Part shown: piece after piece, positions 34,095 to 45,963 of the stretch
Layout of the letters: every line of letters starts with the position of its first letter
Position numbering within the stretch: the first letter of the stretch is position 1
Program-made: the position numbers and the translations under genes
NCBI GenBank assembly: GCA_030390025.1
Contig: CM059432.1
Location: forward strand, 110,300,001-110,364,000
Source: Squalus acanthias
Lineage: Eukaryota
DNA: 64,000 nt
Direction: 5' to 3'
Notes under the pieces: model-generated
What the model was told of the DNA's origin: nothing
The model's database searches: none
What the model saw: only the letters and a program-made list of their open reading frames with translations

Positions 34095-36270
34095 TACGCT
34101 GCCTGACAAAAATCTATCAGTTTTGAAATTTTCAATTGACCTAGTCTCAACAGCTTTTTGGGAAGAGTTCCAGATTTCCACTACCCTGTGTGTGAAGAAG
34201 TGCTTCCTGACATCACCCCTGAATGGCCTAGCTCTAATTTTAAAGTTATGTCCCCTTGTTCTGGACTCCCCCACCAGAGGAAATAGTTTCTCTCTATCTA
34301 CCCTATCAATTCCTTTAATCATCTTAAACACCTCCATTAGATCACCCCTTGATCTTCTATCCTCAAGGGAATACAATCCTAGTCTATGCAACCTGTCCTG
34401 ATAATTTAACCCTTTTTGCCCCGGTATCATTCTGGTGAATCTGTGCTGCACCTCCTCCAAGACCAATATATCCTTCCTGAGGTGCGGTGCCCAGAACTGA
34501 ACGATGTACTCTAAATGGAGTCTAACCAGAGCTTTATATATCTGTAACCTTGGTGAGACCACACCTTGAGTATTGTGTGCAGTTTTGGTCGCCTTATCTG
34601 AGGAAGGATGTTCTTGCCGTGGAGGGAGTGCAGTGAAGATTCACCAGACTGATACCTGGGATGGCAGGAATGACGTATGAGGAGAGATTGGGTCGATTGG
34701 GCTTATATTCGCTAGAGTTTAGAAGAATGAGAGGGGATCTCATTGAAACTTATAAAATTCTAACAGGACTAGACAGACTAGATGCAGGAAGGATGTTCCC
34801 GATGGCCAGGGAGTCCAGAACCAGGGGTCACAATCTAAGGATAAGGGGTAAGCCATTTAGGACAGAGATGAGGAGGAATTTCTTCACCCAAACAGTGGTG
34901 AACCTGTGGAATTCTCTACCACAGAAGGCAGTTGAGGCCAACTCATTAAATATATTCAAGAAGGAGTTAGATATATTTCTTAAGGCTAAAGGGATCAAGG
35001 GATATGGGGAGAAAGCAGGGACAGGGTACTGAATTTGGATGATCAGCCATGATCTCATTGAATGGCGGACCAGGCTCGAGGGGCCGAATGGCCTACTCCT
35101 GCTCCTATCTTCTATGATTCTATGATAACCTAACTTCACCCCTTTGTATTCCAGCAACCTTGTGATAAAGGCCAACATTCCATTCGTCTTTTTAATTATT
35201 TTTGGTACCTGTCCACTAGCTTTTAGTGATTTCTGTACACTGACCCCTAAATCTCTCTGCTCCTCCACAGTTCCTAGTTTTTCACCATTATAGAAAATAC
35301 TCTGCTCTATCTTCCTTAGGTCCAAAGTGGATAACCTCATCTAATCTATAAATGTCCCTTTGCAACTTTCTGCCCCCATCTACACTATTTACTTAGTGAC
35401 GTCAGCAAACTTGGACATATGGCTCTCCACTCCTTCATCTAAGTTATTTATAAATATAGTGAAAAGCTGAGGCCCCAGTACAGATCCTTGTAGGATACCA
35501 ATAGTTACCTCATGCCAATTTGAGTACATACTCATTATCGCAACTCTCTGTTACCTACCTTCAAACCAATTCCCTACCCATGTCAGTAAGTTACCTCCAA
35601 TTCCATATACTCTCATTTTTGTTAAAAGTCTCTTATGTGGAACCTTATCAAATGCCTTCTGGAAGTCCATATAAACAACATCCATAAACATTCCCTTATC
35701 TATCATGCAAGTTACCTCCTTGAAAAATTCAACTATTTCATTAGACACTTTACAAATCCATGCTGACTCTCTCTGATCAGTTAATTTTTGTCCAAGTGCT
35801 CAGTCACTCTGTCCCTAATAACAAATTCTACTAACTTCCCCACAATAGAAGTTAGACAAATAGGCCTATAATTTCTTAGTTTATCTCTCCTACCTTTCTT
35901 AGATAATGAAGCGACATTTGCAATTTTCCAACCCAAGGGCACAATTCCTGAATCGAGAGTGTTTTGGAAGACTATGATTGGAGCATTTACAATTTCTTTT
36001 AATACCCTGGGGTGGGTCCTGGAGATTTGTCTATCTTTAGTCCTATTATTTTCTCCATTACCTTTTTTTTTTTACTTATATTGAATCTAGTACGTTCCTC
36101 CCCTCGATTTATTTTTATTTTTCCTCGTATCGCTGGTACTTTATTCTCATCCTCCACTGTGAAGACTGATATAGTAAATATTTAGCAAGTCTGCCATTTC
36201 CTGATTTTCAATGACAATGTCACCTGCGTCTATCTTTAAGTGACCCAAATTACTCGTAACCACCTCTTTC
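34095..36270 (-). mobile_element. CR1 (34095-34545 and 35125-36270) interrupted by a plus-strand CR1 3' fragment
   Basis: minus ORFs 34071-34562, 34828-35340 (5' part) and 35551-35748. Confidence 0.85.
34551..35124 (+). mobile_element. Young CR1 3' fragment (GYGEKAGTGY subfamily)
   Basis: ORF 34661-35032; taacct on both flanks (34545-34550 and 35125-35130). Confidence 0.9.
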
Positions 36271-36685
36271 ATGACCAGACTGGGATACGGCAGCCCACTG
36301 CCCTCATCGCCGAGGCAACCAGACAGGGAGGTCATCATCAGCCAATCGATGTTCATCGCGTCGCAGCTGCCAGAGGAAAGTCGCTCCCAATCGGAGATCG
36401 TGGAGCCAGAGAGCTGGGATCACACGGCCAGCGCTACACCTCCAAAGCACCCGAGTGAGAGTCGCAGACCCAACAGGTCCCCAGTGGCCAGGGCGGGGGG
36501 AGGGGGTGGGGGGCGCGGAGGATGGTTTGCAGGAGGGGCTGGAGGAGGATTGGACCAATGACCCCTGGAAAGAATGCCCGATCTGTAGGCAGCGATTCCT
36601 GGATGCATACATGACGCAGGCACTGGAACATCACACTGACAGCCACTACTTCATTAGCATGAGCGCAACTGTCACGTTGCAGTGA
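36271..36685 (+). pseudogene. CALCOCO1: 5'-truncated CALCOCO1-like processed pseudogene (C-terminal UBZ zinc finger)
   Basis: WKECPICRQRFLDAYMTQALEHHTDSHYFISMSATVTLQ* matches the recalled human CALCOCO1 end [39 protein letters not shown] with the same spacing to the stop; upstream frame EVIISQ..IASQLPEES..SE resembles VVISQPAPIS..EDSSSDSE; frameshifted and intronless. Confidence 0.75.
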
Positions 36686-36744
36686 CAGGTCCCCCCCACC
36701 CCCCCCCCGTACCTCATCTTCCAGCCCCGGCACGCACACGCGCG

Positions 36745-36920
36745 ATCTGGTCATTTATCACTTTGATCTTTGTGGGAGCTTGCTGTGTGCAAATTGGCTG
36801 CTGCGTTTCCTACATTACAACAGTAACTACACTCCAAAAGGTACGTCATTGGCTGTAAAGAGCTTTGGGACGTCCGGTGGTCATGAAAGGCGCTGTAGAA
36901 ATGCAAGTCTTTCTTTTTCT
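36745..36920 (+). mobile_element. SacSINE1/Deu-type SINE 3' portion with L2-like tail, directly after the CALCOCO1-like retrocopy
   Basis: atctggtcatttatcac..gtgggagcttgctgtgtgcaaattggctgc..ctttgggacgtcc..aaaggcgctgtagaaatgcaagtctttc. Confidence 0.8.
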
Positions 36921-36924
36921 TTCT

Positions 36925-37340
36925 CACATGGTGAGGAATATTGAGGCTCTGGGAAGGATGCAGACGAGGGCCACAAGATTAAAACACCTTAGTTATCCAG
37001 ATAGGCTCAATGAGTTGGGTCTCTATATTTTAGATTTGATTGAGGTTTATAAAATAATCAAGGGACTAGTTTGTGTTTATGTAGACCAATTATTTAATTG
37101 CAATTGAATAGGTTAGGGAGGAGCAGGGGCCTCGCTTACAAGTTATGTAAGAGCAGAACTAAGTTGGGTGCTAGGAGGCTCTCGTTTTCCCAGAGAATAG
37201 TGGACCTGTGGAACAGGTTGTCGCTCGTGCGGTGAACGCCAATTCACTGTATCCCTTCAAGAAAGAGCTGGGCCTGTTTCTGGCTGAGGCGGAGATCATG
37301 TTGTACAAGAGGTAGGTTTTCTGTAACGTAAATCAGGGTC
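36925..37340 (+). mobile_element. Old CR1 3' fragment
   Basis: IEALGRMQTRATRL..LSYPDRLNELGLY..DLIEVYKII. Confidence 0.7.
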
Positions 37341-37789
37341 TCTGTGGTCTCCTGGACTAGTTTTGATCAGAGAAGAATTTTCCAGATGTTTTGTCCTTGA
37401 TTATCTGTTTTTTTTGCCTCTCCCAGGAGATTACATGGCTTCTGGGTGGGTGGGTGGGTGTGTCTGCATTGTGATGCATTAGGATGTGCCTCAACAACAT
37501 AGGACTTGCTTGATGAAAAAAGACCAAGGTCCATCTAGTTTGCCCTCTATCATTCTGGTAGTCACACGTTCCAATGATAATGGAGTTGTTGACTATTCAT
37601 AGCAAACAATCTTTATTAATTAGTGTGCAACAGACCCAGAAATGTCACAGGAAAACCAATATAAATCCAAATTCTTTCTTTGTTTCTTTAATATACTTGT
37701 AAAAGTCCTTTAGTTTTCCCTCAAGATTTTTCTCGCATTCCATTTTTACAGCTCTTGCTACTCTCTTTGGATCCCTTTGCTGTTCTTTC

Positions 37790-38163
37790 TTTTAATCGCT
37801 CCACCATTGGTGGCTGTGCCTTCTGTTGCCGAGGCCCTAAGCTCTGGAATTCCCTCCCTAAACCTCTCTGCCTCTCTTTCCTCCTTTAAGACACTCCTAA
37901 ACCTTACCATCTGCACTAATATCTCCTGTGTGCTTCGATGACAAAATTTTGTTTGAGAACGCTCTGTGAAGCACCTTGGGACGTTTTACTACATTAAAGG
38001 CAACATTCCCTCTGAGCTGCGCAGCTCTCTGCTGGTCCCGCACAGCCCAGGACCGGCTTTTCCAATGTTAAATTTCGTGCATGCTGTGAATGGGTCGCGC
38101 GGCCAAAAGTTAGGGGGAACATTGGTTAAAGGCGCTATAAAAATTAAAGTTGTTGTTGTTGTT
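37790..38163 (+). mobile_element. L2 3' end, interrupted by a hAT MITE
   Basis: ttaatcgctccaccattggtggctgtgccttc, same family as 3840-4105. Confidence 0.8.
38001..38124. mobile_element. 124-bp hAT-type MITE
   Basis: TIRs caacattccctctga / ttagggggaacattg; 8-bp TSD attaaagg / gttaaagg. Confidence 0.8.
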
Positions 38164-38247
38164 GTTTATATCTCTCCTGGTATGCGGGATCTCCACTGTT
38201 CTTTGTATTCGTCTGAGTAACATGCGCTCCATCCCTCAGATTCTTAC

Positions 38248-38361
38248 CATAGGTTTTTCAAACTCTGTTTCTGAAGAGGTTGGTGACAAAGGGCTGACAG
38301 GACTCAACGATGGTGAGCTCTCAACACTGGAAATGTAGTCTGGATCAGGAACATAGAGAAT
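38248..38361 (-). CDS. OXR1: OXR1 internal coding exon (end of LysM region plus Ser/Pro-rich segment), 114 nt, phase 0-0
   Basis: ILYVPDPDYISSVESSPSLSPVSPLSPTSSETEFEKPM vs recalled human VLYVPDPEYVSSVESSPSLSPVSPLSPTSSEAEFDKTT; acceptor (ct)n-cgtag, donor gtaaga. Confidence 0.95.
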
Positions 38362-38365
38362 CTAC

Positions 38366-38386
38366 GAGAGAGAGAGAGAGAGAGAG
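38366..38386. repeat. (GA)n microsatellite forming the polypyrimidine tract of the OXR1 acceptor
   Basis: gagagagagagagagagagag directly adjacent to the minus-strand AG. Confidence 0.9.
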
Positions 38387-38569
38387 TAAAAAAAGAGGTA
38401 CTCAACAACTAATTACAAACCTCATTGTCTGATGTATACTATCCTTAATATTTAGATCAATTAAGTACTTACTCACTGCAATCCCCTATTTACAATCAAT
38501 AAACACAATGAATCTAAAAATTGACTTTCGTCTTCCATTTTAAGATAAGGCTCCTCTGCAACTATAGCT

Positions 38570-38860
38570 GGTGGGCGCTCAGATGGCACAGTGGGAAAAG
38601 CGCTGTGGCATCAAGCCAAACATGGCTGTGCTGCTGAATCAGCCAATCACAACCGGTGGGAACATACAACTGAACTCAGGAGGGGAGAAAGGAGAACAAA
38701 GAACCAAAATTTCTGCTCCTCATCAGGATCCAAGGCCCACTGGTGGAAGTGTGATTTATGGACATTGGGCAAGGGCTAGCATAATATCAGACCTGGCTTT
38801 GATGTCCTCCACAATTGACTGGTCAGCTAACACTATTGAGGCTCACAGGGGAAGAATGTA
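38570..38860 (+). mobile_element. Old SINE (LF-SINE-like)
   Basis: gggcgctcagatggcacagtggg head; body similar to 4340-4600. Confidence 0.35.
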
Positions 38861-38864
38861 AATT

Positions 38865-39320
38865 TGAGCTTATACCGAAATGGAAAGATTGAATAGGCTG
38901 GGGCTCTTTTCTATAGGAAAGAGAAGACTTGAGGGGTGACCTGATACAGGTCATTAAGGTTATGAATGGGTTTTTAGAGAGTAGCCGTAGAGAAGATGTT
39001 TCCACTTGTGGGGAAGACCAAAACTAGGGGCCATAAATACAAGACAGTCACTAATAAATCCAATAGGGAATTCAGGAGAAACTTCTTTACCCAAAGAGTA
39101 AATGGTTAGAATGTGGAACTTGCTACCACAAGGAGTAGTTGAGGTGAATAGTATAGATTCATTTAAGGGGAAGCTAGGTAAACACATGAGGGAGAAAGGA
39201 ATGGAAGAATATGTTGATAGGATGAGATGAATAGAGGTGGGAGGAGGCTCATGTGGAGCATAAATCAGTTGGGCCGAATGACCCATTTCTGTTCTGTACA
39301 TTCTAGTTAATTCTTTGTAA
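38865..39320 (+). mobile_element. CR1 3' fragment
   Basis: aagacttgaggggtgacctgatacagg..agaaacttctttacccaaagag. Confidence 0.8.
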
Positions 39321-39544
39321 TGTATGTGCAGTTGTTCTGGTGCTGTATAATAATCTGCCCATCAATGTAAATGGGCACTCACCAGCACCAGGACTTTTTC
39401 AAGAAGTTATACAATATCTGTGACAATGCACTGCTTCCCAGGGACCACAGCCAGCAGTGTAATGCATTAATTACGTCTACTTGTGAAGCAAACCATCACC
39501 CAGGAAAGTGTCAGCTTGGCTCAGTCAGTTGCACTCTCACCAAA

Positions 39545-40185
39545 CGCTAGTGGACAGGTACAAAAATAATTTAAAAGGCTAATGGAATGTTGGCCTGTAT
39601 CACAAGGGGGCTGACGTTAAATTACAGCTGTACCGAGCTTTGGTTAGACCCCATCTGGAGCACTGCGTTCAGTTCTGGGCACCGCACCTCAGGAAGGATA
39701 CATTGGCCTTGGAGAGGGTGCAGCTCAGATTCACTAGAATGATACCGGGACTAAAAGGGTTAAATTATGAGGACAGGTTGCACAGACTTGTATTCCCTCG
39801 AGTATAGAAGATTAAGGGGTGATCTAATGGAGGTGTTTAAGATTAAAGGAGTTGTTCGGGGAGAGAGAGAGAGAAACTATTTCCTCTGGTCCGCGAGTCC
39901 AGAACAAGGGAGTATAACCTTAAAATTAGAGCCAACCGTTCAGGGGTGATGTCAGGAAACACTTCTTCACACAAAGGGTAGTGGAAATCTGAAACTCTCT
40001 CCCCAATAAGCTGTTGTGGCCAAATTGAATTCAATTGAAAATTTCAAAATGGAGAATGATCGATTTTTGTTGGGCAGGGGTATTAAAGGATATAGAACCA
40101 AGGTGGGTAGATGAAGTTAAAATACAGATCAGCCATGAACAAATTGAATGTCGGAACAGGCTCAAAAGGCTGAATGGTCTACATT
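39545..40185 (+). mobile_element. CR1 3' fragment inserted in a Deu-type SINE (SINE pieces at ~39509-39542, 40200-40395 and 42352-42440)
   Basis: aaggctaatggaatgttggcc..YSLEYRRLRGDLMEVF; SINE head gtcagcttggctcag before it and cagtgcagtactgagggagt after it. Confidence 0.75.
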
Positions 40186-40414
40186 GCTATGTTGTCCTCC
40201 AGGATTTGAGCGTCTAAATTAAGACGACACTTCAGTGCAGTACTGAGGGAGTACTGTTTTGCAAAAGTTGTCTACCTTTGGTTTAAACATAAAACCAAGT
40301 TTTGACTGCTGGTCCTGGTGCACTTTACAAGGTCTCACAGCAATGTTCAAAGAAGAACCAAGTTTTCATAGTGTCTTGGCCGACATTTCTCCCTCATGCA
40401 TTGGTTGTGATCTA

Positions 40415-42350
40415 GATAGTGGATGCCTTGGTTGTGATCTTCCAAAATTCCCTAGATTCAGGAACGGTTCGAGCTGATTGGAACGTAGCAAATGTAAATT
40501 CAAGAAAGGAGGGAGAGAGAAAACAGGGAACTACAGGCCAGTTAGCCTGACATCAGTTGTCAGGAAAATGCTGGAATCCATTATTAAGGAAGTGGTAGCA
40601 GGGCACTTAGAAAAATCATATGATTAGGCAGAGTCAGCATGATTTTCTGAAAGGGAAATCGTGCTTGACAAATTTATTAGAGTTTTTTGAGGATATAACT
40701 AGCAGGGTAGATTAAGGGGAACCAGTAGATGCAGTTTATTTGGATTTCCAAAAAGTATCTGATAAGGTGCCACATAAAAGGTTGTTACACAAGATAAGGG
40801 CTCATGGGATTGGGGGTAATGTATTAGCATGGATAGAGTATTGGTTAATGGACAAAAAACAGAGAGTAGGGATAAACGGATCATTTTCAGGTTGGCAGGT
40901 TGTAACTAGTGGGGTGCCGCAAGGATCAGTGTTGGGGCCTCAGCTATTTACAATCTATATTAATGACTTAGATGAAAGGACCGAGTGTAATGCATCGAAG
41001 TTTGCCGACGATACAAAGCTAGGTGGGACAGTAAGCTGTGAGGAGAACACAAAGAGTCTGTAAAGGGATATAGATAGACTAAGTGAGTGGGCAGTAAGGT
41101 GGCAGATGGAGTATAATGTAGGGAAATGTGAGGTTATTCACTTTGGTAGGAAGAATAGGAAAACAGAATATTTTTTAAATGGTGAGAAACTTTCAAATGT
41201 TGGTGCTCAGAGAGATTTGGGTGTCCTCATACAAGAAACACAGAAAGTTAGCATGCAGGTACAGCAAGCAATTAGGAAGGCAAATGGCATGTTGGCCTTT
41301 ATTGCAAGGGGGTTGGAGTATAAGAGTAAGGAAGTCTTACTACAATTGTACTGGGCTTTGGTGAGACCACACCTAGAGTGCTGTGCACAGTTTTGGTCTC
41401 CTTATCTGAGGAAGGATATACTTGCCTTAAGAGGCGGTTCAATGAAGTTTCACTAGATTGATTCCTGGGATGAGAGGGTTGTCCTATGAGGCCTGTATTC
41501 ACTAGAGTTTAGAAGAATGAGGGGGGATCTCATTGAAACGTATAACATTCAGACAGGGCTAGAGAGACTGGATGCAGGGAGGATGTTTCCCCTGGCTGGG
41601 GGGTCTAGAACGAGGGGTCACCGACTCAGGATACGGGGTAGGACATTTAGGACTGAGATGAGGAGAAATTTCTTCACTCAGAGGGTGGTGAACTTGTGGA
41701 ATTCTCTACCACAGATGGCTATGGAGACCAAGTCACTGAATATATTTAAGAAGGAGATAGATAGATTTCTAGACACAAAAGGCATCAATGGGTATGGGGA
41801 GAGAGCGGGAATATGGTATTGAGATAGAGGATCAGCCATGATCATACTGAATGGCGGAGCAGGCTCGAAGGGCCGAATGGCCTACTCCTGCTCCTATTTT
41901 TCTATGTTTCTATGTTAGGAGAGATCAAGTAGATTGGGCCTATACTCTCTGGAATTTAGAAGAATGAAAGGTGATCTCATTGAAGCATAAGATTCTGAAG
42001 GGGATTGACAGGGTAGATGCTGAGAGGTTGTTTCCCCTGGCTGGAGTGTCTAGAACTAGGGGGCATAATCTCAGGAGTTGGCAATTTAAGACTGAGATGA
42101 GGAGGAATTTCTTCAGAGGGTTGTGAATCTTTGGAATTTTCTACACCAGAGAGCTGTGGATTCTCAGTTATTGAGTATATTCAAGGCCGAGAGCGATAGA
42201 TTTTTGGACTCTAGGGGAATCAAGGGATATGGGGATCAGGCGGGAAAGTGGAGTTGAGGTCGATGATCAGCCACGATCTTATTGAATGGCGGAACAGGCT
42301 CAAGGGGCCATATGGCCTACTCCTACTCCTAATTCTTAAGTTCCTATGTC
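40415..42350 (+). mobile_element. CR1 RT and 3'UTR with a nested younger CR1 3' fragment (~41490-41915)
   Basis: ORFs 40740-41063 and 41106-41456; two successive CR1 3' ends; host gtcctatgag|gagagat rejoins across the insertion. Confidence 0.85.
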
Positions 42351-42570
42351 CTACTCACTGTTTGTGGGATCTTGCTGCTGCAGTTGCTTACATAATACAA
42401 ATTAGTCTGAGAAGTGACTTAAGTACAAGACACTGTATAAATGTAATATTATATTTCATTTAACCAGATTTATTTTTGGATATAATTATATTACACAGCT
42501 TACATGTTATATATTGTTATGCAGCAAAACATTACTTGAACACGGTAGTAAAATGAAGAGAGCCCAATAC

Positions 42571-42678
42571 CTGGCCTGGAACAACAGCTCTGGCGAACAA
42601 TTTATTCAGCTGCACTAGCTCATTAGGTGTAGTGTCAAACTGGAGTGCGATGCTATTCAAAGTGTCCCTTGATTCAAC
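42571..42678 (-). CDS. OXR1: OXR1 internal coding exon (LysM domain), 108 nt, phase 0-0
   Basis: VESRDTLNSIALQFDTTPNELVQLNKLFARAVVPGQ vs recalled human VESRDSLNSIALKFDTTPNELVQLNKLFSRAVVTGQ; acceptor tttctctgacag, donor gtattg; splices in frame to 38361. Confidence 0.96.
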
Positions 42679-43399
42679 CTGTCAGAGAAACCAATCTGGT
42701 AAGGTCAAAAGGTCAGTAGTTGTGATATTTCCAAGTAACAGCAGACACTTCAGCATGTAATAGATTTTTTTTTAAGTTGACTGTTTTTACCGCTTTTCTA
42801 CTCCCTCCAGCACACAAACATACCTCCTGATTTTTGTTTTAAAAGAATAGGAGGTGACTAAAATGTTTTATTACTTCTGGAAGCGAAGTATGCGATGGGA
42901 GGGTTTGTGTCACAGCCCTTTCCAAGATCACAGGAATAACTGCTTTGTTTGGTAACTAACAGAGCTCACTCAGGGACACAACAGGAACAAGTACATTAGC
43001 TACCATTTCCACAACTCAAACTAAGGTATTCGGTGAGATGTTTTTTAAAGTAATAAATATATTCCATTCACAGCCTATTTGTATCCAGCCTATGTTTTTT
43101 TCCAGTACAAGATTAGGCTTGAACTCAGACTTCTGTCCAAATATTCAGGCTATGCCTCCACAATTGTAAAAAAAGTGTTAAATATTGTGCAAAACTGCAG
43201 TACAAGTAACTTAGTGTGATGTAGAAGTTGTTTTGATCTTTATACAAGGCCAATGAACTAGTTGGCAGCTTACAGCAGGGCTGTTTCATGCCTCACTCAC
43301 TTAGATGTCTGTTTAGTAAACTGCAAGAATGCATAGACACTACGGATTTCTGCATGCCCATTTACTGACTTTCTAACTGCTGCCATTAACTAGGCAGTA

Positions 43400-43830
43400 C
43401 CTGTGGTCAGGTGGTTATCAGAACTGAGCAAGAAGAGGTGAGGCTGTACTGGTTTCTTGCTTAGAGAGGAGTGAAAGCATGTCACTAAATCCCAGAGAGC
43501 TAAATGTAAATGGAAGGAGTAGATTATGCAAACTCAAGCACCAACAGATAGACAGATACTGCTACTGCCAAGATTTAGAATGGAACAAGTGGACTTGAAT
43601 GGAAGACATTCAGCAGTGGCCGAAGAGCTGAACTGGAACAATTAACTTCTTGCTGCATCATTGGGCCACATCAATAAAAAGACAGTGCTGATACTCAGCC
43701 TCAGACACATTTGTATACACGGCATCCTATGTCAAAGGTATCCAGGGAAGAGCATGATTACTACACAGGCGCTGGTTTGATTCTTCAAGACTGACACCAG
43801 AGTCCTGAAATTAAAGGACAGAACAGTTCC
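43400..43830 (+). mobile_element. Possible highly decayed Hero/NeSL-type non-LTR retrotransposon fragment
   Basis: KWT*MEDIQQ..(L)NWN, FLL, ILCQR, EH and RVLK echo the WTRWE..LTW..C..C..EHIL..RH..VL region of such elements; multiple frameshifts. Confidence 0.3.
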
Positions 43831-43936
43831 TGGAATTAATGGTCATTTAGGCTGCATTTATACTGTAGCTACCAGTTAACCAGGTGGTGGAAGATTCATT
43901 CAAACTGGAACTGCTCAAGATGATAGAGTCGGAGAA

Positions 43937-43971
<35 letters not shown>

Positions 43972-45925
43972 GAGAAAAAGAGAAAAGGACAAAGGGGACG
44001 TTCTGTGATAGGGAGGAGAGCAGAAAGGGGGGAGCTAGCAGAAGCTCGGATGACAATCTTTCACCCCTCCTTTGATTTGGAATGGTGCCAGAGGACTGCA
44101 GAAGTTAGACCCCTGGTCAAAACCAGGGAGAGGGTTGAAGCCAGTAACAACAGGCCAGTCAATCTAAAGTCAGTGGTGGGAAAACTACCAGAGACCATTG
44201 TCAAGGACAAAATTAATTCTCACTTGGAGGAAAATGGGTTAACTCAGGACAGCCAGCACGGATTTTTGTTAAAGGCAAATCATGTCTGACTAACCTGATT
44301 GAGCTAGAATCATAAAGGATGAAATTGGATTAGGCCCAAAAACAAGCGCGGGGATCGCAATGTGCGATCTGCCTGCGGTCGTTGGAAGTGGTGCTAGCAG
44401 CACGCAAAATTCGTGCTGCCTGCTCATCAGCATGATTGCAGCGCTGGGCCCAGCACTAAACACGGTGCTGGTTGGCTCAGCGCTCAACAGGGGGACCAAT
44501 ATCTGCTGTCCAATTAAAGTTTGCCTAGACTCTCTGCACTTCTTAAAGGGGAGGTGCTTTGTTGCAGAAGCACCTCATTGTCACTGCAGCAATGTCACAG
44601 CAGGGGAGTGAAAGGGCACCTCACTTTTCAGATGCAGAATTGGAGGCCTTGGTCCAGGGGGTAGACAGAAGACATCCTCTACCTGCAGGGAGACAGGAGG
44701 CGCTCAAGACAGATCAGAAGGCAGTGGGAGGAGTACTGTCGCCACGCCCTGGATGCAGTGCCACAAGAACTTTAATTACTTCACGAGTGGTCAAGGTGAG
44801 TGAATGCATCTTCAAATGCCAAATCCCACCAATCGCACGGCCAGCCTCACACACTGGCGTAAGCAGCAGCAGACAGGCTGGGGGTCAAACATGCCTGCAC
44901 AACCTTACTGCGCTGGAGATAATAGGAGGGGTCATCACTGAGGCCGTGGCGAGCAGCAAGGTTGAAAGCATTGCTGGTAACGGTATGCTCATACCTACTC
45001 CTCCTTCTCATAGCCCACTTCCCCCTCATTCCACAATCTCCTCACTTGCAAGCTGCTGATGGTGTAAGCATGGATATCTTGCTTTCCCCCTCCCCTCACC
45101 ACAACCCGACCCTTGTGCCTTTCTCCTTTCAGATACCCGAGAGCTGCCACCAGCCCATGAACAACTAGAGGAGGAGAGTGATGGAGAAGAAGAGGCACCG
45201 TCACTTGATCCAACGCTCCAAGGCACCAGCTCAGAAAGTGGCAATGCGCAGAATGTAGAAGGTAGTATAGAGGCGGGATCAGCACGTGGCGAGTCATCGG
45301 ACACGAGTGGGCTGCAGCCCGGCCAGGGGAAAAGGGTAGCAGGTGCTACCTACCAGAAGGGTGAGTTCACACACGAGTTCTGTTGCACAGGACTCAGATG
45401 AGGACCTCAAATGTGGCAGCCTTCAAAAGAAGGGTGAGGCGCATGCACACAGAAATGCTAGATGCAATGGCAAGCCTGCCAGAGAGCCTAGTCAGTGTGA
45501 AGGAGCATGGAGGAGTCCGGCTCCAACATTGTTTGGGGCTTTGCGCAGAGCTTGGAGCCCATGATTTCCAGAATGGAAGTGATGGGCAACTCCATTAGAG
45601 CACTTGTGGACCCAACCATGATGCTGGGTGTGATGGGCGATGTTGCAGCTTTCATTGCAGCACAAGAGGAAGCCACCCAACACCAGTGTGTTGCAGTGGA
45701 AGCTCAGACTGCTGCCATCGTGGCTGGGTTGACGAGTGTGGAAAGGGGCTTGTAGGGCGTCACAGCAGGCCAGCAATCTGTCGTCCAACAGATTGCTAGG
45801 AATGCTGAGACGCCGCCCTGGGCAGTGGCAGTTGTTCCGAGGAGCATAAAACCTGCTGTCTCCTCTCTGGATAAAAATGAGAAGTCGCACAACACCAGGT
45901 TATAGTCCAACAGTTTTATTTAAAA

Positions 45926-45963
45926 TTACGAGCTTTCGGAGCTGTTGCCCCTTCTTCAGGTAA
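45926..45963 (-). ncRNA. Inverted copy of the minimal hammerhead motif (OXR1 sense strand)
   Basis: exact reverse complement of 47816-47853. Confidence 0.75.

Noticed and set aside
38248..42678. Exons belonging to the paralog NCOA7 rather than OXR1
   Set aside because: The peptides match my recollection of OXR1 nearly residue for residue, including SSVESSPSLSPVSPLSPTSSE; a reciprocal BLAST would confirm.
43939..43970. Long poly-G runs (also 1861-1875, 4382-4403, 16173-16192)
   Set aside because: Simple homopolymers whose lengths are unreliable in assemblies; no supportable function.
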